Positions 1 to 10,372 of a stretch of 64,000 nucleotides of DNA are shown here, piece after piece. A program made the translations under genes and the position numbers. Origin of the DNA: Sulfolobales archaeon (GTDB lineage Archaea; Thermoproteota; Thermoprotei_A; Sulfolobales; AG1); assembly GCA_038867615.1 (NCBI GenBank), contig JAWBYA010000002.1, positions 96,001 through 160,000 on the forward strand. The letters run 5' to 3'. Positions within the stretch are counted from its first letter, which is position 1, and the number at the start of each line of letters is the position of its first letter. The notes under the pieces are model-generated. The model saw only the letters and a program-made list of their open reading frames with translations, did no database searches and had not been told where the DNA came from.

Positions 1-185
1 ACACCGAGGCTTAGAACCTGGGAGAAGTTTATGGTATGCATACCTAGATAAACACTAAGATCATTGAGATCTTGGGGAGAGCCTATCGTTGTATTATACC
101 CAGAGCTCTGGGCCTCACCGTTTATCGAGAGCGATATGAGCAACACGAGCAAAGCTACGAGCAGGGTCTCGCCATAACTCCTCAA
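1..185 (-). CDS. Exported/membrane protein, N-terminal part (runs off window), coupled to the MoxR gene
   Basis: TTG at 185 overlaps the MoxR TGA. My translation is MRSYGETLLVALLVLLISLSINGEAQ..., open to the edge and signal-peptide-like. Confidence 0.6.
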   Translation of the reverse strand, partial: MRSYGETLLVALLVLLISLSINGEAQSSGYNTTIGSPQDLNDLSVYLGMHTINFSQVLSLG

Positions 186-1114
186 GGCCTGGGCACCTCA
201 ACCCTACCCAGGATCTCCTTCACTATTGCTACAGGATCTCCGCCCTCGATCTCGTACTCAGGCTTAAGTATAAGCCTATGTCTCAGAGCTGGTATAGCTA
301 TGGCTTTCACATCGTCAGGAATAACGTATTTTCTACCATCTAGATAGGCCCACGCCTTTGATAGCCTTATAATAGCTATCCCAGCCCTCGGTGATGCTCC
401 AAGCCTTAGAAGCTTATGCATCCTGGTCTCCTCAATGATCCTTGCTATATATTGATATATAGAATCGTCAACAACAACCTCAGATGCCTCTTTAGAGGCC
501 CTTAGAATCTCTTCTTTAGATAGGACTGGCTTAAGCTCTCTCGAAGCCTCCTCTATGAAATCGGCTCTCTTCATAATATCTATAAAACCCTTAGTAGAGG
601 GGTAGGAGCTCTCTATCTTTACTAGAAATCTATCTAGCTGGGATTCGGGGAGCGGGAAGATCCCTTCGGTCTCGATCGGGTTCTGCGTCGCTATAACCAT
701 GAAGGGTTCCTCAAGCACATACGTATTCCCCTCGATCGTCACCTGCCTCTCCTGCATAGCTTCGAGAAGGGCGCTCTGCGTCCTGGGAGAAGCCCTGTTA
801 AGCTCATCCACGAATAAGATATTAGTAAATATGGGTCCCTTCTTAAGCGTAAAAGCCCCTGTTCTCTGATCATATACATAACCACCTATAATATCGCTTG
901 GAAGAAGATCCGGTGTCATCTGCACCCTCTTAAAATCAAGGCCCGTGAGTCTGGATATAACCTTTGCTGTTAGGGTCTTGGCAACGCCGGGGACTCCTTC
1001 TATGAGTACATGTCCTCTTGCTAGGAGTGATGCTACTATAAGCTTGATCTCCTGTTCTTTCTCTACCAGAATGTTGGATGACGCGTCAAGGATCCTCCTT
1101 AGTATTGGGGACAA
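182..1114 (-). CDS. moxR: MoxR family AAA+ ATPase
   Basis: GHVLIEGVPGVAKT Walker A, FVDELNRA Walker B, ATQNPIE, LPESQLDRF. Confidence 0.95.
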   Translation of the reverse strand: MSPILRRILDASSNILVEKEQEIKLIVASLLARGHVLIEGVPGVAKTLTAKVISRLTGLDFKRVQMTPDLLPSDIIGGYVYDQRTGAFTLKKGPIFTNILFVDELNRASPRTQSALLEAMQERQVTIEGNTYVLEEPFMVIATQNPIETEGIFPLPESQLDRFLVKIESSYPSTKGFIDIMKRADFIEEASRELKPVLSKEEILRASKEASEVVVDDSIYQYIARIIEETRMHKLLRLGASPRAGIAIIRLSKAWAYLDGRKYVIPDDVKAIAIPALRHRLILKPEYEIEGGDPVAIVKEILGRVEVPRP

Positions 1115-1212
1115 GCTTATCAGCTCTCTATATATTACTCTACTCCATATATAATTTCTAACACATCTTTAAGAAATATCCATATGTTGATAATGGGTCA
1201 GGCTATATATAC

Positions 1213-2556
1213 TCATCCCATGGCCCATATCGGTACTGAGACTAGATATGTTATGATGAGATTTATCGTAGCATATGTTATGGTTATCCTGTATATCGCC
1301 TTAGGTTTTATCCTCGACCCCGTCTCCCTCTCAATAATTCTAAAAGCAACATAGAGAGCAGGGGCCCCGGCCGCTGTATAGTTGCTTCCAAGGGTCCCAG
1401 CCCATAGGAGAGACCAGGCAAAAGGCCATGGGTTCTCTACACCGGTTTCTTTAATGCTTCTAAGCATTATCAATATATATGCATCGTGCTCTACAAAAGC
1501 TACTATTGGTGCAGAGATCCAGTATATAGCTGTATAGCCTAAGAGCAAGTTATCCATTAATCCTGAGAGCCATAGGGATATTGGTTCTAGCCCGTGATGT
1601 TTTTCTAGCGATCCCACTAATATGAATAGTGAGATGTAGAAGAGTATAGATCCCCAGTCAATACCCTTCTCAACAACTTCTCTAAATCCCTTGCCATATA
1701 GTTTTTCGCACAATATAGAACCTATAATGCCTACAATTAGGGGGAATACTCCCAGCGGTATATCCCTCCCGAGAGCCATGCTGATCTCCTTCCTAAGACT
1801 CATGAGAACTATGGCTGTGAAGAACAATGCTAGGGAGAATACAAGGTATCCTTTATTATCATCACCATTATCATCACTGCCTCTAGCCTCCACCCTCTTC
1901 TCGATCCTCCTCGCAGGTACGAGGATCTTTACCGAGATATAGAGAGCCGCCAGTATAGATACCATCAATATAGGAAAGCTCGATGGTTTCCCCATCATGT
2001 ATATGAAATCAATAAACTCAGCCTTAAAAACGCTGTGGAGAAGCTGTGGAGGGAGATCCCCTAGAAGCAAGGCTGTCCCCGTCGCATTTGCAGTTAACGT
2101 TACTAGCAGAGCCGTTGCCAGAGGATCTATACCATAAGCTCTGGCGATCCTTACGGCTATCGGTACCAGGAGAAGCACTACGAGAACATTATCAACCACG
2201 GTACTTATAATCCCAGCCACTAGTGAGAGCAGAAGAGCAGCATCTCTAGAGGTTTTTATATACCTCGATATACCGTTAACGATCCGCTGGGGTAGCCCCG
2301 CCTCAACCATGTGGTGGGATATCATCCACATACCAAGGAGGATCGCTATAATGTTCCAGTCAACCATAGATCCAAACGCCTCGCTAAGCCCAGCCAAACC
2401 TACTATTAAGAGGAGAGAGACCCCTAGAAGACCGGCAAGAGGCTCATCAACCCTTCTAGACACTATAAGCGCTATCGACACAATAAAAATGATCCAGGCG
2501 AGCCAGAACTCGAGCCCCCCTTCCAAGGAGCATCCTGTGATGATATAAGAAGACAA
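1213..2556 (-). CDS. ArsB/NhaD/SLC13-family anion permease
   Basis: Many TM helices; STVVDNV, ANATGTALLLGDLP and GTLGSNYTAAGAPA motifs. Confidence 0.85.
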   Translation of the reverse strand: MSSYIITGCSLEGGLEFWLAWIIFIVSIALIVSRRVDEPLAGLLGVSLLLIVGLAGLSEAFGSMVDWNIIAILLGMWMISHHMVEAGLPQRIVNGISRYIKTSRDAALLLSLVAGIISTVVDNVLVVLLLVPIAVRIARAYGIDPLATALLVTLTANATGTALLLGDLPPQLLHSVFKAEFIDFIYMMGKPSSFPILMVSILAALYISVKILVPARRIEKRVEARGSDDNGDDNKGYLVFSLALFFTAIVLMSLRKEISMALGRDIPLGVFPLIVGIIGSILCEKLYGKGFREVVEKGIDWGSILFYISLFILVGSLEKHHGLEPISLWLSGLMDNLLLGYTAIYWISAPIVAFVEHDAYILIMLRSIKETGVENPWPFAWSLLWAGTLGSNYTAAGAPALYVAFRIIERETGSRIKPKAIYRITITYATINLIITYLVSVPIWAMG

Positions 2557-2643
2557 TGTTATAAGTGTTACTACAACTTAATAACAAGTAACACACTATC
2601 TATACAAACAATCTCGAAACCCATCCTAGATTCCAGCGTTATC

Positions 2644-2790
2644 GGGGTTCGGGCTTCGTAGCGGTTTTCTCTATCAACAGCTCTCCCAATGGCCTCAATG
2701 GCTTCATAGGCCTCCACCCGTCCAGAGAAACCCCAACCCACAGCCCCCTATCATGACTCTGCCCAATACTATGGAGAAACCCCCACATCC
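2644..2790 (-). mobile_element. IS200/IS605 tnpB right-end remnant, family A copy 1
   Basis: Reverse complement aligns with 52530-52711 (GATGTGGGGGTTTC...ACGGGTGGAGGCC...TATGAAGCCA...GAAGCCCGAACCCC). Confidence 0.75.
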
Positions 2791-3019
2791 CGGCTCAACC
2801 GTAAAATAATAGAACTTATACTATGTTCCCACAGCACTATAGGTTTAACATCAACCCTCTATAAACCATCACCAAATCAAAAACAGCTGGTTACAGCTCC
2901 TATATATGTCTAAGCGATCATCCTACTTTCGGGATATACATGGGCTTGATAAAGTATCTATACTAACTGCTATGAGGTTCAAGCCTCTTCGTATCCGGCT
3001 TAAATTTAAGCTGGATGTT

Positions 3020-4720
3020 TTATGAGGGGCTGAGGTTCTTTCTTAACCACTCTATAAGATCCTCGATCCTTACTCTGATCTGTTCTTTAGTGTCTCTGAA
3101 CCTGATCGTAACTGTGTTATCTTCGAGCGTCTGCTTATCAACTGTTATTCCGTAGGGGATGCCTATCTCATCTGCTCTTGCGTATCTTCTACCAATGCTG
3201 CCGCTCTCATCGTATATAACGTAGAAGCCTGCTTCAACAAGACCCCTGTAGATCTTCCTGGCGATCCTCACGAGATCCTCTTCCTCTACTAGGGGGTAGA
3301 TGCCTGCAGTTATAGGTGCTAGTCTGGGGGGTATTTTGAGCACTACTCTCTCGCCCTCTTCGCTATAAGCCCTATCAAGGACAACGTAGAGTAGTCTTTC
3401 TGCACCGAAGGAGGGTTCTATGACGTGGGGGAAGAACTTCTCTCCGTGGACTAGCTCCTCAACCTCCTCTACTCTGAAAACATCCCTGCTGATCCTTAGA
3501 CCCTTTATCTCCACCTCATCTCCAGAGAGATCCAGGGTGTCTGGGTTTATGCTTGAGAGGGCCTTGAAGATCTCTGGAGCCTTCTCGCCATAGATCCTGA
3601 GCACTGCCTGCTTATCAATCCTAACCCTCCTTCTCTTCACACTAACAGGGCTCTGATATCTCCTATATACCGTGAGATCTGATCCGCTGTATATGGAGTG
3701 CCTGCTAAGATCATAGTCCGTCCTATTAGCATGCCCCGAAACCTCTATCCAGCCCCACCTCGATACCTTGACAAGCTGGTCGAAGACCTGGGATGCATAG
3801 TGAGCCCTCTCGTGGGGGAGCTTCTCTTCAAAATAGGTATCCGAGGGATCCACGCCTAATCTCTCGATAAACTCCGAAGCAACGGCCATCCAATAAACAT
3901 GCCACTCACCACTAACAATTTTTTCCCTCACAAGCTCCTCTACGCTATACTCTGAGGGCTTGTCAACTTCCGAGAGCCTGTCTCTGGCTGTGAGTATCTT
4001 CAGCTTTCTATTCCTAACCCTATCTAGGAGGGGGCATGATGGGTTTTGGGGATCATAGAAGAACTCGATCTCCATTATAGTGAACTCCCTAAGCCTCACC
4101 ATACCCTGTCTAGGCGAGATCTCGTTCCTAGCAACCCTCCCAATCTGGGCTATCCCTAGTGGGAGCTTCTCCCTAGAAGCCTCGAAAACCCTCTTAAACG
4201 CTGTAAACATGCCCTGAGCAGCTTCAGGCCTTATATAGCCCACTGCATCGGCATAGGGTCCTATGGTGGTTTTGAAGAGGAGGTTGAAAAGCCTAACCTC
4301 TCCCAAGGGGCCTCCGCACTGTGGGCATCTTATATTCTTCTCAGCAATCACCCTCGATAGATCCTCCGGTTTCATGCCTTCTGTCTTCACACCGCTCGCG
4401 GCCTCAATGAGATGATCAGCCCTATATTTTCTCCCGCACTTTGTGCACTCAACTATAGGGTCTGTAAAGCTCTCCACATGTCCAGAGGCTTCAAAAACCC
4501 TTGATGGAGCGATCATCGGTGTCTCTATCTCCACAACATACTCCTGGTGTCTTTGAACAAACACCCTTCTCCATTCCTCAACAATATTTCTCTTAAGGAG
4601 GGCCCCCAGAGGGCCTAGATCGTATAGTCCCGAGACACCACCATAGATCTCGTAGGAGGGCCAGAAGAAGCCTCTCCTCACAGCTAGATCCATGATCCTC
4701 TCGTACTTGTCCTCCCCCAT
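3020..4720 (-). CDS. glyS: Glycyl-tRNA synthetase (homodimeric, archaeal/eukaryal type)
   Basis: RRGFFWPSYEIYGG, RNEISPRQGMVRLREFT, VIEPSFG, GSIGRRYARADEIG; ATG at 4720 preferred over GTG at 4741. Confidence 0.97.
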   Translation of the reverse strand: MGEDKYERIMDLAVRRGFFWPSYEIYGGVSGLYDLGPLGALLKRNIVEEWRRVFVQRHQEYVVEIETPMIAPSRVFEASGHVESFTDPIVECTKCGRKYRADHLIEAASGVKTEGMKPEDLSRVIAEKNIRCPQCGGPLGEVRLFNLLFKTTIGPYADAVGYIRPEAAQGMFTAFKRVFEASREKLPLGIAQIGRVARNEISPRQGMVRLREFTIMEIEFFYDPQNPSCPLLDRVRNRKLKILTARDRLSEVDKPSEYSVEELVREKIVSGEWHVYWMAVASEFIERLGVDPSDTYFEEKLPHERAHYASQVFDQLVKVSRWGWIEVSGHANRTDYDLSRHSIYSGSDLTVYRRYQSPVSVKRRRVRIDKQAVLRIYGEKAPEIFKALSSINPDTLDLSGDEVEIKGLRISRDVFRVEEVEELVHGEKFFPHVIEPSFGAERLLYVVLDRAYSEEGERVVLKIPPRLAPITAGIYPLVEEEDLVRIARKIYRGLVEAGFYVIYDESGSIGRRYARADEIGIPYGITVDKQTLEDNTVTIRFRDTKEQIRVRIEDLIEWLRKNLSPS

Positions 4721-4945
4721 ACTCTCCAGCCTTTCACACACTATCTAGCGGAAGAGGTTAATATTAGATATAGGAATATGGATCAGCATTGCAAGAGACC
4801 GGTTGATCTCAATGCTTGGAAGCAAAAACAGATCCTATTTCGTTCTATATGTGTGGCCTATCCACTAACTAGGATCTCGATGTTCTATTAAATCTGCGAG
4901 AATATATAAGTAATCCTGGACCAGATCCTGTACTAGGAGTGATTC

Positions 4946-5590
4946 TTATACCTGGTTTAAACCAGATGTTTCCGGTTTCTTGAAAGATCCTGGTAGTGAG
5001 AAGAAGGCTACCGTCTGTAATACGATAGCTATAAGGATTACCACAAGACCCACCAGTATTATTGTCAGAACCGAGCCCACGAGGTATAGAAGCCCTGCAG
5101 TTGAGAAGAGCCCAACACCTGTTTGGAGCGATACTGATTTGTAGGATTTATATAGAAAGTAAGAGGATGCTATTAAGAAAACCCAGAACGCTATCAAAGC
5201 TATCGCAATTGATGCTAGCAGACCGAGAAAACCTGGGGGGATTGTTGTCTGTGTCTGTAGAATACCCGGTATTGAAGTCCCTGTTATGGCTATAGGTTCC
5301 TGAGATCTCATGGCAGTTGAAAAGAGACCAAATAAAGCTGATAATATCACAAGGGGTGCGATTACAATAGCTGCTACGCCTAGAATAATCGCTATTAGGG
5401 CGTTTCTAAATATAGACTCATCTTTAGCCACGTCAGAGAGCTTTCTAAGGGCTATGAGTAGAAATACGAGGCCAACTATCCCTAGGATCCATCCCACTGT
5501 GGGTACCATAACGAGCAACATGAGGATCGAGCCCACACCACCAAAAGCCCTGATCGAGCCTATTTCAGCCTCATGGTTAGTAAAGCTCAA
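4946..5590 (-). CDS. DUF996-type membrane protein
   Basis: GGVGSIL...LIALRKLSD...IFRN and F-x-TAGLLYLVG...AFFSLP pattern. Confidence 0.75.
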   Translation of the reverse strand: MSFTNHEAEIGSIRAFGGVGSILMLLVMVPTVGWILGIVGLVFLLIALRKLSDVAKDESIFRNALIAIILGVAAIVIAPLVILSALFGLFSTAMRSQEPIAITGTSIPGILQTQTTIPPGFLGLLASIAIALIAFWVFLIASSYFLYKSYKSVSLQTGVGLFSTAGLLYLVGSVLTIILVGLVVILIAIVLQTVAFFSLPGSFKKPETSGLNQV

Positions 5591-5655
5591 CCGTAATCCC
5601 GCACAATATTTATTAAAAAAAAAATATAAGTAGCAAGATCTATTTAAGATCCTAT

Positions 5656-5997
5656 CTAATCAACCGCTCCGCCGCAGCAACAATAGCCGAGCTCATTGAT
5701 CTCGCATCCGCAAGTTAAACATATCTCAGGGCCGTAGAGAACATACCATGGTAGTCTATGGAATAATCTGTAGTGGATTTCGTTATCCTTGATGAAGTAT
5801 CTATATTCTGGAGAGGATATTATCCTTAGGATCTCCCTGACGTGATGAATCACCTCAGGATCCCCCTCACTAGCAGCTATTTCCTCGAGATCTGTTTCTG
5901 TAAGGCTTAGTAACCCGCCCTTGATTACAGCCAGCTTTCTCACTAACATAACGGCTTTAGAAACCTTGGGGCATCTAATGTGATAATTAAGCCCCAT
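5656..5997 (-). CDS. Small hypothetical protein with Cys-rich C-terminus
   Basis: 113-aa ORF ending CLTCGCEINELGYCCCGG; AT-rich upstream region. Confidence 0.65.
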   Translation of the reverse strand: MGLNYHIRCPKVSKAVMLVRKLAVIKGGLLSLTETDLEEIAASEGDPEVIHHVREILRIISSPEYRYFIKDNEIHYRLFHRLPWYVLYGPEICLTCGCEINELGYCCCGGAVD

Positions 5998-6213
5998 TAT
6001 ATAGTGAGTGAACTCATTAATATATCTCAGCCTCCAAATATTATATCTGTATCAAGCTTAATATTAATATATTAATAATTTTCACTATAACTAGTAATAG
6101 AAATTTATTTTAGTTTTTATGAAAATTTATGATAATATATTGTTATTCATAGATTCTTATTATTCTATATATATGCCTATACTAAAATATAAAGTGTTGT
6201 AATGCCTGTATAC

Positions 6214-6377
6214 GATGTGGGTGGGGTAAAGAGAGAGCTGAAATAAGGGTTTCCTGCAACAATGAGGAGAAGATACAAAATGAGTCACCCCTAACGTGGA
6301 ACCGGGTATATGGGTCTAATAAAAGAGGCTCTAAGGCCTAGAAGTATAAAAATCAACCGCAATGAAACCCGAACCCC
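6214..6377 (+). mobile_element. IS200/IS605 tnpB right-end remnant, family A copy 2
   Basis: TATAAAAATCAACCGCAATGAAACCCGAACCCC is nearly identical to 52679-52711; also shares GGGTTTCC and GTCACCCC. Confidence 0.75.
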
Positions 6378-6484
6378 TAAATGCAGATAACACAATAATT
6401 ATACGAAACAGCCGGCGAAGCATAGAGATAGCTATTGGCTTAGGAGACTCTGTAGAGCAATGGAGGTTTTCACGTAATAAGAAA

Positions 6485-7648
6485 TTATCTTGGCACTATT
6501 CTAACGATCCTATCGTCTCCTGGTGAGGGAAGACCTCTTCCGTCCCTATTGCTGGTCGAGATAAGTATAGATCCGTCATCGTCTATCACAACATCTCTCA
6601 ACCTGCCAAAAGCGCCTATTAAGAGCTCTTCGGCAACATATGCTCTCTTCGTATCGAGGAACCTGATCCTGAGGAGCCTTTCGCCTCTTAGGCATGCGGC
6701 AAGAAGATCGCCTTGAAACTGTTTAAAAAGATCCCCTTTTATGAAGGAGATACCAGAAGGAGCCCAGGTGGTTGTTCCACTCTCAATAACTGGGTCTATA
6801 AACCTGTTATCCTTACCAACCCCGGCATAGTGGGGCCACCCATAGTTCCCTCCAGGTATTATCACGTTTATTTCATCATGTGCTACAGGCCCATGCTCTG
6901 AGGCCACCATGAACCCATGTGATGGGTGCCAGTCAATACCCTGTGGGTTCCTATGACCATAGCTATATACTGGTGATGGGTAGAATGGATTGTCTTTTGG
7001 TATGCTTCCATCATCCTCGATCCTCAAGATCTTTCCTGCAAGGCTATCAAGCCTCTGGGCTAGAGATCCTATCGAGGCATCACCGGTGGTTATATATAGC
7101 TTTTGATCCGGACCAAATCTGATCCTGCCACCATTGTGTATATAGCCACCCGGTATCCTATTAAGCATGGTCTGCATAGATAGAGCCTTCCACGTGCTAG
7201 TATCAATCCTGATCTTCACAACCCTGTTGTATATATCCCCAGAATCCTGGTAACTCATATAAGCATACACATAGGGTCTCGAAGGAAACTCGGGATGAAT
7301 AGCGAGCCCTAGCAAACCAGCTTCGCCTACAGATGCCACATCCGTCGACACTATTTCCCTTACAGTATTCCCCATTATTACAGAGATCCTTCCGATCCTC
7401 TCACTCACAATATACATACCGCCTCCTACAGGCACTATAGACCAGGGTACTCGAAGACCCGATACTAGTACCCTGGTCTCGGCCAGATCTGTAAGGGTAG
7501 TTTCAGAACCTCCCGCAGGAGAAATACTTGTAATATTTAGTGACGGCTGCCAGGATTGCTGTGTTGATAGTCTATAGATTGTGAGCGAGCCTCCTAGGAT
7601 CACGAGGCCTCCGAAAGCTATTTTTATAAAATCTCTTCTACGCATCAC
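6485..7648 (-). CDS. PQQ-dependent soluble aldose sugar dehydrogenase, Tat-exported
   Basis: RRRDFIK Tat signal; GEAGLLGLAIHP, HNGGRIRFGPD, GHRNPQG, GRLRDV. Confidence 0.92.
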   Translation of the reverse strand: MMRRRDFIKIAFGGLVILGGSLTIYRLSTQQSWQPSLNITSISPAGGSETTLTDLAETRVLVSGLRVPWSIVPVGGGMYIVSERIGRISVIMGNTVREIVSTDVASVGEAGLLGLAIHPEFPSRPYVYAYMSYQDSGDIYNRVVKIRIDTSTWKALSMQTMLNRIPGGYIHNGGRIRFGPDQKLYITTGDASIGSLAQRLDSLAGKILRIEDDGSIPKDNPFYPSPVYSYGHRNPQGIDWHPSHGFMVASEHGPVAHDEINVIIPGGNYGWPHYAGVGKDNRFIDPVIESGTTTWAPSGISFIKGDLFKQFQGDLLAACLRGERLLRIRFLDTKRAYVAEELLIGAFGRLRDVVIDDDGSILISTSNRDGRGLPSPGDDRIVRIVPR

Positions 7649-7932
7649 AATAATACACTACTTCAGAGTATAAATAAACCATTGTCAACATCCTAGGCGG
7701 AAAGCTTGATGACGATGAACCGTGTCATGAACCGATGGCTAAGCCTTAGTGTTCCATAATAACCCAGTATAGCACGATCCCGTGTTACGATGGGGCTGTA
7801 GATCATCATATGGATGGTGAATAAGTATTAAAAGCTGTTTCCTTACCTACGCCCATTAAGATCTGTAAAAGATCTCTCAGTAGGTGGGAACGCAATACAA
7901 TTAGGCTAACGGTAAATTATAAAACGGATATA

Positions 7933-7980
7933 GATCCTGCCAAACTGGGTGGAAGTCCCTAAATAAGAATCAAAGAATAC
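7933..7980 (+). mobile_element. Possible short family B tnpB right-end fragment
   Basis: GATCC...GAAGTCCCT...AATCAAAGAATA resembles 52931-52994; short and degenerate. Confidence 0.35.
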
Positions 7981-8063
7981 CGATAAACACTCAGAGAGAA
8001 ATGTGAATCCATATCTAGAGCTTTAATATATCATGTCATCTAGGCTTAACATTTACAATGCAT

Positions 8064-8699
8064 CTAGGGACTCTTATTAACTACTTTTTGGGGCGATAGT
8101 AGTAATATGTGTCTGCAGAATAGATCTCCTCTAGCTATGCATTCAGCAAGCTCGACCCTATAGCTATTGGCAAGCATGGATATTGCTTTCGTATGGAATT
8201 TTGTGCAGAATATATCAAAATGTCTTTTAGCTGCCTTGAGGACTGGGCAGTTTCTGCTTACAACCTCAATCCTATCTCCATCTATCTTTATGCTACTCAT
8301 AAAGCCAAGGCTATTGAGTTTCTCCACAGATTCCCTGAGATCTCCTGATCTGTTTTTCGAGGCTATCTCGATAGCCATATTCTCCACGATATCCTCGATT
8401 CTGTTCCTAAGCCCTAATGCTGAAAGCCTGTCCATGATCTCCGCCAACAGCTCGCCATAGATCTTTGGAAGAGCCTCTATACCTTTCTCAGTCACCATAT
8501 AAACCTTTCTAGGCCTTCCCACACCCTTTCTAACAAAAACATGTCTTACAAAGCCATAGAGCTCCAGCTTCTCTAAATGCTTCCTAGCAGCACTCACCCT
8601 TATACCAAGCTCTTTAGCAACCTGTGCTGCTGTAGCACCCTCGCCTGCAACAATCTCAAGAACCCTTAGCATTGCACCAGTGATCCTCTTTTTCTCCAT
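8064..8699 (-). CDS. ArsR/SufR-like HTH transcriptional regulator with Cys-containing (V4R-like) C-terminal domain
   Basis: N-terminal wHTH with GVGRPRKVY; NCP...C...CIARGDLFC. Confidence 0.85.
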   Translation of the reverse strand: MEKKRITGAMLRVLEIVAGEGATAAQVAKELGIRVSAARKHLEKLELYGFVRHVFVRKGVGRPRKVYMVTEKGIEALPKIYGELLAEIMDRLSALGLRNRIEDIVENMAIEIASKNRSGDLRESVEKLNSLGFMSSIKIDGDRIEVVSRNCPVLKAAKRHFDIFCTKFHTKAISMLANSYRVELAECIARGDLFCRHILLLSPQKVVNKSP

Positions 8700-9031
8700 G
8701 CTTCACCAATATCGATATGGTTAGGAATTTTATATTATCATAGCTAGACCGTAGATCTGTAATTGCTGCGAGAAAAGGTTCAGGCTCGTATAATTAGCCA
8801 TTTACTGGCTAGTCCCAGCCTATTCTGGTACCTCGCACTAGTTCGTCCCTTTTCAGTTCTATAGTAGTCAGGTCTTATAAGATCTTATTTGCTGAATCCG
8901 TGTAACTACATAAGGTTTAGGCTTGCTTCGCGAACATCAATTGATCTCTGTAACACGCCTCTAAGACCAATGATCACATAGACCCCTATAAAACCAACTA
9001 CTAAGTTAAAAAGCAGTAACGTGAAAGCTAG

Positions 9032-10009
9032 CTATAGCTTATTCACGGCTGTAAAAGGAGACCCCTGATCCGTGGAAATATAACCCCTAGCCATCCCCTT
9101 AGTATTGAATGCCATATATAGATCCGAGTTCTTAGTAAGCACTATAACCCCCGCATGTGCATAGCCCTTAAACCTCGGGAGATTCTCGAGCTCTTCGAAT
9201 GAGTATGCTATTGCTGACGAGACCGACCCCATGAACCTGGATACCAGGGCTATAGATCTGCAGAGTGATAGCGTCATTATAGCCTCCCCTACCCCTGTTG
9301 CCGAGCATGCTATCTCCCGGTCAGCGTAGAAGCCTGCCCCAGGGATGGGCGTATCACCAACTCTGCCAGGGAGTTTTAGCCAGATCCCCCCGGTGCTTGT
9401 TGCTGCAGCAAGTCCGCCCTCACTGTCTATCGCAACTGCCCCAACAGTCCCATGGATCCCTGTCTCCAATATTCTCTTCACAACCTCTCTATTCGCCCTA
9501 ACATATGGGGGTATACCTTCACCGTCGATCCTAGAGATCAGATCCCTATACCTCCTAACCTGCTCCTCCCCAGGTTTGAAAACCTCTAACCCTAGACCCA
9601 GTACTTTAGCGAAGGTTTCAGCACCATCGCAACATAGGATCACGTGTGAAGTTCTCTCCATCACAGCCCTAGCAAGCCTAACAGGATTCTTAACCCTCAC
9701 AGCAGCTACAGCGCCGGAAAACATTGTAGGACCATACATCACACCAGCATCTAGCTCCCCATATCCAGCTGAGTTGAGAACACTACCGGAACCGGCATTG
9801 AAAACCCCCGAGTCTTCAAGTACCGAGACAGCCTCAGTAACGGCATCAATAGCGGAGCCTCCGCTCACTAATATACCAAACCCAGCCTCCAATGCTTCTC
9901 TTAACCCTTTGCTAACCCTTTTCTCACCCTCACTATCAAGATTCCACTCGCCAGCCCCACCATGCACAGCTATGCCTGGCTTTCGGAGCACGAACCTCTC
10001 GATATACAT
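9032..10009 (-). CDS. Isoaspartyl peptidase/L-asparaginase (Ntn hydrolase)
   Basis: IAVHGGAG, FNAGSGS, GTVGAVA (Thr nucleophile), TSTGG, GRVGDTP; start uncertain (10009-10030). Confidence 0.95.
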   Translation of the reverse strand: MYIERFVLRKPGIAVHGGAGEWNLDSEGEKRVSKGLREALEAGFGILVSGGSAIDAVTEAVSVLEDSGVFNAGSGSVLNSAGYGELDAGVMYGPTMFSGAVAAVRVKNPVRLARAVMERTSHVILCCDGAETFAKVLGLGLEVFKPGEEQVRRYRDLISRIDGEGIPPYVRANREVVKRILETGIHGTVGAVAIDSEGGLAAATSTGGIWLKLPGRVGDTPIPGAGFYADREIACSATGVGEAIMTLSLCRSIALVSRFMGSVSSAIAYSFEELENLPRFKGYAHAGVIVLTKNSDLYMAFNTKGMARGYISTDQGSPFTAVNKL

Positions 10010-10147
10010 AGTAATCACCATATATAACAAAAAGCAGAGCTTAAAAACAAGATTAGGGCAGCAACAGTCTGTGCAGAAAGGTGCCGATAGGGCTGAGAGA
10101 TCTGTGATAATAAATGCTTAAAAGACAAAACCATTACTATAATAATT

Positions 10148-10228
10148 ATGGAGGGCAGGGCCTCTATGGCTAAGAAGAAAGAGAAGAAGGAAGAAAAGAA
10201 GGAGGAGAAGAAAGAGCAGAAGAAATAA
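10148..10228 (+). CDS. Lys/Glu-rich micro-protein (26 aa, or 20 aa from ATG 10166)
   Basis: MEGRASMAKKKEKKEEKKEEKKEQKK*; TATA-like CTTAAAAG ~25 nt upstream; T-run downstream. Confidence 0.55.
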   Translation: MEGRASMAKKKEKKEEKKEEKKEQKK

Positions 10229-10265
10229 GAAATAATAATTAAGATAAGCCCAACACACCTCCCAA

Positions 10266-10276
10266 CTTCTTTTTTC
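10266..10276 (+). terminator. Oligo-T archaeal terminator candidate
   Basis: CTTCTTTTTTC about 40 nt after the micro-ORF stop. Confidence 0.4.
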
Positions 10277-10372
10277 AACCAAGCTTCACTAGATATGGAA
10301 CCATGTTGAAAGCGATGTTGGTTTTAAGTTTTTAGGGTTGCAGCACTATATAGATAGGACTCGTTTAAATCC

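Noticed and set aside
6000-6200. Replication origin (AT-rich unwinding element)
   Set aside because: No convincing ORB repeats and no orc1/cdc6 gene in the window.
9345-10121. Long antisense ORFs (this one, 47742-48320, 22884-23435 and similar)
   Set aside because: Shadow frames of well-supported genes; Ser/Leu/Pro-rich with no motifs.
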